This document shows, in pieces, positions 25,433 to 32,585 of a stretch of DNA of 64,000 nt (positions within the stretch are counted from its first letter, which is position 1; every line of letters starts with the position of its first letter). The DNA is from a virus. The notes beneath the pieces are model-generated. The model saw only the letters and a program-made list of their open reading frames with translations, was not told the DNA's origin and did no database searches. Location of the stretch: IMG/VR virus record IMGVR_UViG_3300045988_066710; one strand, 5' to 3'. A program made the position numbers and the translations under genes.

Positions 25433-28228
25433 TTATTTAACTTTTGAATTAAGTAATGTGACTCCTGTACCCAGTGGGATAAGACTATATCTTAAATCTT
25501 TAATGCTAAAATTATCTCTCTTAGATAAAGGAATTATATTACCTAAATCATCATAAGTAACAGCAGAAGAATATTTTAAATCATTAGGATTAAAATTCTC
25601 TATAACAGTACCTGAAGACTTTATATTACCATCCATTAAGAATGTTCCTTTAGGCATAGCTTTACCTCCCCAATCTTTTATATTATGTATAACTAATCTA
25701 TCTATATCATATTGAGGATGATTTCTAACTGCCTTTTCTAATGTTCTAGTACTCCATATATTGCCATTATAAGGTATTTCATTCCAAGGTTGATAATACC
25801 CTTCTATATCATAACTCTTAGAAGCATTAGAATATAATTTTTTAACTCTATCATAAGTAGGCTTAGATGAATAAGATTTACTCATAGCTAAATTGTCTGT
25901 AGTATATATAGCAGAATTAGAACCTTCAATATTAGGATTAAATACATTAAAACTTGAGTCATATTCATCACCTACTGTATGGTATAATTGTGTAGGTCTA
26001 TCTCTATTCATTAAAGGGTTACTAGCTTTAACTTCAAAATGTTTGTCTCTTAATTGCTGTAAATCTTCATAGTCTCCAGTATTATATAATCTATTATATA
26101 TTCTATCTAATCTATTATCAGAAATGTTAGCCATATTATTCATAGCTTCATTAAATAATCTCTTATTAATTCTACTATTTATATTATTTTTAAGAGTATT
26201 ATATCCTTTATTTAAAGCTACTCCAGTTAATATATCTCCACCTATATTACCTAATGTACTTATATAAGGGTGTTCTTTAGCATATTCTCTAGTAAAGAAA
26301 CCAGTATTATCTTGATTCATAAAGCTATTCATAAATGTATTATAATCTCTAGCTTCTCTTATAGAACCTATAATATTACTAGGACTAAAATTACTTATAG
26401 GAGCTATAGCAGCATTAATAAATTCTAATGTAGTATTAGGGTCATAATATTGTCTTGTATTTCTAGGCATAGTACCTTTAATTATAGGTACATGTTCTTC
26501 ATCTAAATAACTTTGAGTATAGTTATTACCTGCACTATCATATAAATTACCATCTTCTGTATGAAGTAATATGTTACTTCTTCTATTATCTGCATCTATA
26601 AAATTTAAATTACCTCCTTCATCAAAACTCTTTTCAAAAGGAGACATATATAAATTATTACTACCTGTATTATTATATAAATGATAACCAGTTTTGCTTA
26701 AATCATATACATCACCAGCAGAGTCTAAAATATTTTGACCTGCTCCTAAATAATCTGCTGTTTTATCTATATCCCAAAATCTATTTTTACCTATTCTTAA
26801 TCTAGTAGGTAATTTATTTGTGGCTCCTAAAAGTCCTAAAGTATCAAAAGCTAAAGCACTATAATCAGTTGCCCCTAAATCATCATCTACTATAGATTGT
26901 CCAAATTGTAATCCATTTGTTAAAAGTCCTGCACTTAATACTGGTACTGTAGGATTATATAAACTATATAAATTAATACCTAAATCTATAGTATCTAGTA
27001 CTGGTTTATACATATTTATATTATTAATATACTGCTGTTTATAAGCTTCTGGTATATTTTTATTTATTGCTTGTATAGTATCATTAGGAGACATTTGAGA
27101 TGGTATATTTCTTAAAGAATTAAATTCTTTTTCTAAGGTTTTTGCTCTCTTAGTATTCTTTTCTATTGTAATAACTTTTGACTTTTCTTCATTTGTTTTC
27201 TGTTGCTTTTGTATATTAGCTTCCCACTCTTTATATTTATTTATTGCTGTAGAATCATTTAATGCTACCTCTTGTGATTTATTATCTAAATCTTGTATTC
27301 TTTCTTTATATTCTTCATCAGTTTCCCAACTTCTTCTTTTATATGGATTTGTAGCAGGATGAGCAGGCATTACTGTTCTATTGTTATCTTTATTACCTCC
27401 TTCAGCAAATATATTACTATTTAAATCTGAATCAAAATCTGATAGTAATGATTTAGCATAACTATAATCTGGCTGTACAGGAGCAACATTATTATTACCA
27501 ATAGATAATAAATTATCCATAGATATTATTGGTCCTGTACCAGTAGAGAATAAATCATCAATATCTGTCTCTTTAGTTTTACCCATAATATCATTCATTG
27601 ATAATTGAAGTCCTTTATATGCACCTAAATAGTTTTTACCTTGCCATTCTTCATTCTGTATTTGATAAGGATTACTACTACTTCTATTAGTAGTAGCAGT
27701 ATAACCATAATTATGTGGTGTTCCTCCTGTACCAGTGAATACAGTTTGGTATTTACCACCAAATAAACTTCTTTCAATGTTTCTTCTAGTAGTAAGACCT
27801 CTTAATTCATTATCTTTTGAAGCCCACATAGATTTTTGTACATCTTCATTTGATGCTTTACCTTGAACATAATTAGTTAAGGTAGGTAATACTCTTTTCT
27901 TAAGATTACCCATACCTACATTATAGCCATAAGAATATAAGGCATCAAGCTGTTGTTGAGATAATTTAGACCTAATACTTGATGGTATTACCCTATTAAA
28001 GTCATTAGCTTCTGCTTGAAATGACCTATTAGTTCTCATTGAACTACCTTCCCAATTAGTTATTCTTTTCTTAATACTTTCTGATGGTTTATAACCACCA
28101 TTAGCATACATATTATATCTGTTTCTTATATCAGATAGGTTATATATACCATTATTAACTGATTCTTTAATATAATCAGCTTTATCTTTTAAACTTAATT
28201 TATTCCAACTCATAATTTTAATTATCAA
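25433..28228 (-). CDS. 931-aa protein with N-terminal lysozyme (GH24/T4-lysozyme-like) domain; probable virion-associated or lysis muralytic protein
   Basis: Residues about 50-160 (ITNWEGSS...LSQQQLDALYSYGYNVGMGNLKK...LRGLTTRRNIERSLFGG) follow the phage lysozyme pattern. The remainder is Asn/Tyr-rich and unrecognised. Confidence 0.55.
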   Translation of the reverse strand: MIIKIMSWNKLSLKDKADYIKESVNNGIYNLSDIRNRYNMYANGGYKPSESIKKRITNWEGSSMRTNRSFQAEANDFNRVIPSSIRSKLSQQQLDALYSYGYNVGMGNLKKRVLPTLTNYVQGKASNEDVQKSMWASKDNELRGLTTRRNIERSLFGGKYQTVFTGTGGTPHNYGYTATTNRSSSNPYQIQNEEWQGKNYLGAYKGLQLSMNDIMGKTKETDIDDLFSTGTGPIISMDNLLSIGNNNVAPVQPDYSYAKSLLSDFDSDLNSNIFAEGGNKDNNRTVMPAHPATNPYKRRSWETDEEYKERIQDLDNKSQEVALNDSTAINKYKEWEANIQKQQKTNEEKSKVITIEKNTKRAKTLEKEFNSLRNIPSQMSPNDTIQAINKNIPEAYKQQYINNINMYKPVLDTIDLGINLYSLYNPTVPVLSAGLLTNGLQFGQSIVDDDLGATDYSALAFDTLGLLGATNKLPTRLRIGKNRFWDIDKTADYLGAGQNILDSAGDVYDLSKTGYHLYNNTGSNNLYMSPFEKSFDEGGNLNFIDADNRRSNILLHTEDGNLYDSAGNNYTQSYLDEEHVPIIKGTMPRNTRQYYDPNTTLEFINAAIAPISNFSPSNIIGSIREARDYNTFMNSFMNQDNTGFFTREYAKEHPYISTLGNIGGDILTGVALNKGYNTLKNNINSRINKRLFNEAMNNMANISDNRLDRIYNRLYNTGDYEDLQQLRDKHFEVKASNPLMNRDRPTQLYHTVGDEYDSSFNVFNPNIEGSNSAIYTTDNLAMSKSYSSKPTYDRVKKLYSNASKSYDIEGYYQPWNEIPYNGNIWSTRTLEKAVRNHPQYDIDRLVIHNIKDWGGKAMPKGTFLMDGNIKSSGTVIENFNPNDLKYSSAVTYDDLGNIIPLSKRDNFSIKDLRYSLIPLGTGVTLLNSKVK

Positions 28229-28718
28229 TTTCAGTTCCTTGTGTTAATATGTAATCATTTATAAAAGTAATTCTATTACCATTAAAGATAACTAGAGGAT
28301 TAACCCAGTATTTCTTAGAATTAGAACTTCTTGTTAAGATACCTTTTTCAAGTAATTCTATTACTCCATCATATACAGATTTTCTAGTTTTAAATCCTAC
28401 ATTATCCATACATTCTTTATAGTCTAAATATACAAAAGGTTTTTCTTTAGGTACATTATCTATAATATACCATAGTACTTTTTGTGCAGTAGTACTTAAA
28501 GCTAAGATTGTTTTTAAGCTATCTTTAAATACTTTTATAAATTGTGTTCTATCTACTATCTTCTTAAAGTTTACTTCACAGAATTCTGTACTATTAATAA
28601 ATTCTGTGTCTTTACCTTTATAAATAGTTCTACTTCTAGTATTATCATTTAATTGACTAGATAAAGATTCCTGATAAGGAAATATATCTGCTATTGGATA
28701 TTCATCTAATTTCTTCAT
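28218..28718 (-). CDS. winged-helix DNA-binding protein (RepL-like or transcription-regulator-like)
   Basis: VLWYIIDNV...ECMDNVGFKTRKSVYDGVIELLEKGILTRSSNSKKYWVNPLVIFNGNRI resembles the RepL-type wHTH pattern. It is the first gene of the leftward arm, next to palindromic operators. Confidence 0.45.
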   Translation of the reverse strand: MKKLDEYPIADIFPYQESLSSQLNDNTRSRTIYKGKDTEFINSTEFCEVNFKKIVDRTQFIKVFKDSLKTILALSTTAQKVLWYIIDNVPKEKPFVYLDYKECMDNVGFKTRKSVYDGVIELLEKGILTRSSNSKKYWVNPLVIFNGNRITFINDYILTQGTEIDN

Positions 28719-28738
28719 ATTATTAATCTTTTATTTTC

Positions 28739-28748
28739 TGCAAAGATA
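28739..28748 (-). promoter_or_regulatory. Bacteroidota-type -7 promoter box
   Basis: Reverse complement is TATCTTTGCA. It lies 21 nt upstream of the ATG at 28718. Confidence 0.6.
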
Positions 28749-28840
28749 CAAAAATTATTTTTAATATGCAAGAAAATAAACAAAATAATTATTTATTTAT
28801 ATACACTTTGTTTATTTTTTATATCTATTAAAATATATAT

Positions 28841-28890
28841 GTGTATATTTAAATATACACTTTAACATTTTTTGGTATATTTAAATATAC
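28841..28890. promoter_or_regulatory. pair of palindromic operator-like sites (core GTATATTTAAATATAC)
   Basis: There is a perfect 20-nt palindrome GTGTATATTTAAATATACAC at 28841-28860. The 16-nt core recurs at 28875-28890, 32 nt away centre to centre. Confidence 0.55.
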
Positions 28891-29001
28891 ATACCTCTAT
28901 TGATTATTAGATAGTTAGAGTAAATTACTTCTTATATTCTTATATAAGTAGTTTAATTTTTAATTTTTAAAATTTTATTTTTTTGAAATTGACTATATTG
29001 T

Positions 29002-29071
29002 CATAAGCGTGGTATTTTATTTTTTAATTTTAATTTTTTAAATTTTTATTATAGTTACATAAGCGTGGTAT
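29002..29071 (+). repeat. direct repeat of CATAAGCGTGGTAT (2 copies, 56-nt period), each preceded by an A/T tract; candidate early promoters
   Basis: Exact 14-mers at 29002-29015 and 29058-29071. The second runs into TATAAT (29069-29074). Both lie upstream of the first rightward gene. Confidence 0.45.
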
Positions 29072-29074
29072 AAT

Positions 29075-29122
29075 CCACCCAACCTCACCCCCTAGACTAT
29101 AGGGTTGGGATAGTCCCCCCTA
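29075..29122 (+). other. C-rich structured leader element
   Basis: Sequence is ccacccaacctcaccccctagactatagggttgggatagtcccccctac. CCCAACC(29078-29084) pairs with GGTTGGG(29103-29109). The composition is strikingly C-rich for an AT-rich genome. Confidence 0.4.
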
Positions 29123-29143
29123 CAACATTTAAACATTAAGACA

Positions 29144-29476
29144 ATGATAAATTTTGCAAATTTCAAATCAAACAACCAGAGTAACAGTAACTTTATTGAG
29201 ACAGTAAGCCTTGAGGAAATGAAGGCAGCATGTAATGGTGCAAGAATTGATGTCTATTCTAGTAAGGAGAAGACACATAAAAGTGGTGCTACCATGTGTT
29301 TCTTTACTTGTGGTCAAACTACAGGCATGGTAGCTGAAAAGCTATCAGATAAGATGCTTAATGGCAAAGAATATGGTACTCCAGTAGTATCAGAAGTGAT
29401 CAGAAGTGATAATGGAGAACATATGTTGATAATGCATGAGCAGGGTGAGAACTCTAACAGCATTGTCAGCTTCTAA
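29144..29476 (+). CDS. first rightward (early) gene, hypothetical (110 aa)
   Basis: ORF followed immediately by a strong terminator. No motif recognised. Confidence 0.6.
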   Translation: MINFANFKSNNQSNSNFIETVSLEEMKAACNGARIDVYSSKEKTHKSGATMCFFTCGQTTGMVAEKLSDKMLNGKEYGTPVVSEVIRSDNGEHMLIMHEQGENSNSIVSF

Positions 29477-29482
29477 AGGGAA

Positions 29483-29505
29483 GGGAGCCTTGCTCCCTTT
29501 TTTAT
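29483..29505 (+). terminator. intrinsic terminator
   Basis: Stem GGGAGC(29483-29488)/GCTCCC(29492-29497) followed by TTTTTTATT. Confidence 0.75.
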
Positions 29506-29563
29506 TATCTCTAGTGTTAATATCAAATATCATTAGAGAGAATATCATGTATGTTTTAAAGTT

Positions 29564-29641
29564 TTTAAGTCCTATAAGAAAGAAATAATATTCTTTTGTT
29601 TTACAGTTTTACAGTCTTTTTTCTTTCTTATAGGACTTAAA
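29564..29641 (+). repeat. 22-bp perfect-stem hairpin with tandem GTTTTACAG x2 in the loop
   Basis: TTAAGTCCTATAAGAAAGAAA (29565-29585) pairs with TTTCTTTCTTATAGGACTTAA (29620-29640). The loop is 34 nt. Confidence 0.7.
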
Positions 29642-29881
29642 TAAATACTTTAATAGAACTTTGTAATCTATTGATTATTAAGGTTTTAGGTTTAAAGGAT
29701 TAAGGTGTGAGGGTGCTAAACCAAATCCCCTATAAAATCACTATAATCTACTCTCTAGTCTTTTTGTTAACAACAAATAAGATGATAACATTTTATACTT
29801 TCTCATTACAACTATTGTTGTTTTATTTAGTATGAAATATCAATAAAATAAATAGTTAAAAACAATAAAAATATAACAATT

Positions 29882-30193
29882 ATGGCAATTATTAGAGAAT
29901 TAAAGAAAGTAGAGAATAATAAATTACATGATGCTATTCTCTTAACTACTCTTGTAGATAACAACAAATATAAGTTTAATAAACTTTATGTTGATCCTGA
30001 CAAAGAATGTGCTATTTACTTTAAAGGCATCTTACCTTTAAAAGTTATACAAGCTTTCTTCTTTAATCTTAGAGATAATGTTACATCATCATCAAGAATT
30101 GAAGATGAAGAAATCACAGCCTTTAAAGATTATGAGTATAATTATGATGATAACACAACAGCTATCTATACTAGAGATGGTTGGAAGTATTAA
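29882..30193 (+). CDS. hypothetical protein (103 aa)
   Basis: ORF in the rightward array. Confidence 0.5.
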   Translation: MAIIRELKKVENNKLHDAILLTTLVDNNKYKFNKLYVDPDKECAIYFKGILPLKVIQAFFFNLRDNVTSSSRIEDEEITAFKDYEYNYDDNTTAIYTRDGWKY

Positions 30194-30212
30194 ATAATAA
30201 AAATATATAAAT

Positions 30213-30473
30213 ATGAAAACAACTCATACATTATCCTCAATAGAGGCAGTTGCTTATGCTTTAGAGCATAGTGATAAAATACCTGATATATCTTTTAGTA
30301 AAGTTAAACCTAATGTTACAACACATCAGGCATTAAAAAATATACAAAAAATGTCCATTGACCTCTCTATTGAGTTAAAAGACAAATTAGAGCAAGTACT
30401 TAAATTAATGAAAGCTGAAGGCAAAACAAAAGATGATGAAGCTTTCAAAATTATAGTAGACTTACTCTACTAA
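30213..30473 (+). CDS. hypothetical protein (86 aa)
   Basis: ORF followed by a hairpin. Confidence 0.5.
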   Translation: MKTTHTLSSIEAVAYALEHSDKIPDISFSKVKPNVTTHQALKNIQKMSIDLSIELKDKLEQVLKLMKAEGKTKDDEAFKIIVDLLY

Positions 30474-30484
30474 AAAGATAACAA

Positions 30485-30513
30485 AGTAGGTAGTACTCTA
30501 GTACTATCTACTT
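30485..30513 (+). terminator. terminator-like hairpin
   Basis: AGTAGGTAGTAC-tc-TAGTACTATCTACT imperfect stem followed by TTATT. Confidence 0.4.
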
Positions 30514-30529
30514 ATTAATATTAATCATT

Positions 30530-30622
30530 ATGAATAAAAAAGAGTTTTATACATTTTATTTCTATACAGAATTAATAGGTACTATTATAGTATCTATACT
30601 TTTAGGTTATATGATATTTTAA
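30530..30622 (+). CDS. micro-ORF, single-TM peptide (30 aa)
   Basis: Hand translation gives MNKKEFYTFYFYTELIGTIIVSILLGYMIF*. Confidence 0.35.
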   Translation: MNKKEFYTFYFYTELIGTIIVSILLGYMIF

Positions 30623-30632
30623 TATTTAAGAA

Positions 30633-30767
30633 ATGAAAAAATTACTTTATATTATAATACCTATTGGTATTTTAGCAGTATTAAATATACTAACTGATGA
30701 ACAATATATTGTAGTAGGTTGGATATTTATAGGTATTTGGATTATTAAAATATTAGCAGAAAAATGA
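30633..30767 (+). CDS. micro-ORF, two-TM peptide (44 aa)
   Basis: Hand translation gives MKKLLYIIIPIGILAVLNILTDEQYIVVGWIFIGIWIIKILAEK*. ATGA overlap with the next ORF. Confidence 0.4.
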   Translation: MKKLLYIIIPIGILAVLNILTDEQYIVVGWIFIGIWIIKILAEK

Positions 30768-30943
30768 AAAAGAAATATTTAATAACATTCTATAGAATGT
30801 TTAAACCTAACTATTATTTAGCTAGGTCTATTAATGCCTCTAAAACTATAGAGGAAGGTTATAAGGAATGCAAAGCTTTTGCTTTGCATAAACATTTACT
30901 GAAAGGTAAGTGTATTTGGTTTAAAGTAACATTAAAAAAGTAA
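30764..30943 (+). CDS. small basic protein (59 aa)
   Basis: Hand translation gives MKKKYLITFYRMFKPNYYLARSINASKTIEEGYKECKAFALHKHLLKGKCIWFKVTLKK*. Confidence 0.4.
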   Translation: MKKKYLITFYRMFKPNYYLARSINASKTIEEGYKECKAFALHKHLLKGKCIWFKVTLKK

Positions 30944-30947
30944 CATT

Positions 30948-31130
30948 ATGAGTACAACTATCAATGAAAAAGTAGCTACTTGCTACTACAAGAGTGAAAG
31001 AACTATTGTTCGTAAAAATCATGTAACTAAAATTACAAAAGAAATTGAATTAGTCTTTTGTGAAAGTAAGGAAAAGAGCACTTACTATTCACATAAGAAT
31101 AAAGCTAAAAAGAAATTATTTAGATATTAA
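30948..31130 (+). CDS. hypothetical protein (60 aa)
   Basis: ORF followed by a terminator hairpin. Confidence 0.45.
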   Translation: MSTTINEKVATCYYKSERTIVRKNHVTKITKEIELVFCESKEKSTYYSHKNKAKKKLFRY

Positions 31131-31158
31131 AGTGCTAAGTTGTTATGTTATAATTTTT

Positions 31159-31205
31159 CCTACATAGTTAATAGATACTATAGTATTTATTACTATGTAG
31201 GTTTT
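31159..31205 (+). terminator. intrinsic terminator
   Basis: Stem CCTACATAGT(31159-31168)/ACTATGTAGG(31192-31201) followed by TTTT. Confidence 0.6.
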
Positions 31206-31218
31206 AATATTATTAATT

Positions 31219-31404
31219 ATGAAAAAATGTAGTACATTAGCCTTTTTTGCATTTATGCAATTTATCTATATAATTGCTATTGCAATGTGTTTCTATCTAT
31301 TCTTATATAAAGGAACACAAATATTCATAATATTATTCTTCTTGCTTCTTGCAGGTGGAATTAATAGCTATTGTCTTTTTAAAGAAATTAAAAGTAAAAT
31401 TTAA
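31219..31404 (+). CDS. two-TM small membrane protein (61 aa)
   Basis: Hydrophobic ORF. Confidence 0.45.
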   Translation: MKKCSTLAFFAFMQFIYIIAIAMCFYLFLYKGTQIFIILFFLLLAGGINSYCLFKEIKSKI

Positions 31405-31428
31405 TTAAATATTGTTTGTAAGGAATGG

Positions 31429-31513
31429 TTGTTAGTCCTGTAAGGAGATAAATAACTCTAGTTTGGTTAGTAAATGCTAGCCTTTATTTATTCTCTCTTA
31501 CAGGACCCAACAA
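31429..31513 (+). repeat. long imperfect hairpin related to the 29564-29641 element
   Basis: GTCCTGTAAG(31435-31444) pairs with CTTACAGGAC(31497-31506). Flanking helices bring the total to about 26 bp. The core differs from element A by a compensated A-T to G-C change. Confidence 0.6.
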
Positions 31514-31539
31514 TTTTAATAAAATAATAAAGAAATAAT

Positions 31540-31662
31540 ATGAAACAGTTCTTATTATTAGATAGTACAGGTAATATCATTAAACCTTTTAATGATTATA
31601 AATCTGCAAATCATTATAGGAATATGTATAACAGACCTGATTGGTCTATTAAAATTAAATAA
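31540..31662 (+). CDS. micro-ORF (40 aa)
   Basis: Hand translation gives MKQFLLLDSTGNIIKPFNDYKSANHYRNMYNRPDWSIKIK*. Confidence 0.35.
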   Translation: MKQFLLLDSTGNIIKPFNDYKSANHYRNMYNRPDWSIKIK

Positions 31663-31664
31663 TT

Positions 31665-31997
31665 ATGGAAACAAGAAATGTAAAAATTAGAACTTTAATT
31701 ATGAAAGATATAAATAAAATTATTGATTCACTAAGTCCAGTAGAACAAAACTTAATGTATAATGCATTACAAAAGAAGCTTAATAGAAGTCCAGAATACA
31801 CTATTAGTTATGACAAAAGTGGATATTACGTTAAGTGCGATAGTCCTCAGTTAACTGCTTTTAGATTTGAAGAAGAGAAATATGCTGAATTAGCTTATCA
31901 TATTTATAATAGTGTTTATGGTACAGGCACTCCTCTTAGTGATATTATTAAATACACCTTTAGACTTCTTAATATTGATTCAGAATGGACAAGATAA
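31665..31997 (+). CDS. hypothetical protein (110 aa)
   Basis: ORF in the rightward array. Confidence 0.5.
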   Translation: METRNVKIRTLIMKDINKIIDSLSPVEQNLMYNALQKKLNRSPEYTISYDKSGYYVKCDSPQLTAFRFEEEKYAELAYHIYNSVYGTGTPLSDIIKYTFRLLNIDSEWTR

Positions 31998-32008
31998 ATT
32001 AGTTAACT

Positions 32009-32428
32009 ATGTGTTGGATAGGTAGAAAAGATAATAAACAGGTAGCTAAAAGAGACTTTTATGTCTATAAAGTAGGCTTAGTACTTGATAACACCTTTAT
32101 TAGTTTATATCAGAAATATATCTATAGAATTAAAAGAAATAATCCAATAATTCCTTTAAAGCCTATAGAAGATAATTGTGGAATGATTAAAATAGAAGAT
32201 GGTTACCATTCTTATAAAGAAGTAGCTATAGAATTTTGTCAAAATCCTTATCTTAGAGATATATATTTAGGAGATGCTATCAAAGGTTTTGTAGATGACT
32301 TAAGACTATACTCTCATCTATATTTATGTACTTTTATAGTTCCTAAAGGTTCTGAATACTATATAAATAATAGAGGTGAAATTGTTTCTTCTAACATTAT
32401 TTACACAGGTAAGTGGGTAAAGTTATAA
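32009..32428 (+). CDS. member 1 of a 3-gene 'MC...VYK...GxHS...FI[IV]P[KR]xS' paralog family
   Basis: MCWIGRK..AKRDFYVYKV, EDGYHSYK and FIVPKGSEYYINNRGEIVSSNIIYTG are shared with 32652..33107 and 43527..43955. Confidence 0.6.
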   Translation: MCWIGRKDNKQVAKRDFYVYKVGLVLDNTFISLYQKYIYRIKRNNPIIPLKPIEDNCGMIKIEDGYHSYKEVAIEFCQNPYLRDIYLGDAIKGFVDDLRLYSHLYLCTFIVPKGSEYYINNRGEIVSSNIIYTGKWVKL

Positions 32429-32448
32429 AGATATAATAATTATTAAAC

Positions 32449-32549
32449 GAGAAGTTACCTACATAATCCGGAGTATGTAGGACAGGTGATAAGGCGAAAC
32501 ATGATTATTATCTAAGTAGCTGAAGTACGTTCAATTCGTATTACTTCTC
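32449..32549 (+). ncRNA. tRNA-like structured RNA (four-way junction with T-arm mimic), not a canonical tRNA
   Basis: A 7-bp closing stem GAGAAGT(32449-55)/ACTTCTC(32543-49). An 8-bp hairpin at 32458-32481. An irregular 40-nt arm at 32483-32522. A T-arm-like GTACG-TTCAATT-CGTAT at 32525-32541. A terminator lies 37 nt downstream. Confidence 0.5.
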
Positions 32550-32585
32550 CAAAATCTCTGAGAGGCTTTATGCCATATGTTTTAT

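Noticed and set aside
28920-29060. Possibility that the AT-rich tandem repeats in the control region are a CRISPR array or a terminal-repeat boundary.
   Set aside because: There are only two repeat units, with no spacer-repeat periodicity and no cas genes. Nothing in the window lets me test for terminal redundancy.
28896-29680. Exact 14-nt repeat TCTATTGATTATTA at 28896-28909 and 29667-29680.
   Set aside because: It is almost pure A/T. By a rough estimate, many 14-mer coincidences are expected in a 64-kb AT-rich sequence. Neither copy is positioned consistently relative to genes.
32449-32549. Interpreting the tRNA-like element as tRNA-Sec or as an intron-containing tRNA.
   Set aside because: The 13-bp acceptor/T helix and the long D-type stem are reminiscent of tRNA-Sec. 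However, no 7-nt loop with a UCA (or any) anticodon can be drawn, and the extra 23-30 nt is far too short for a bacterial group I tRNA intron.
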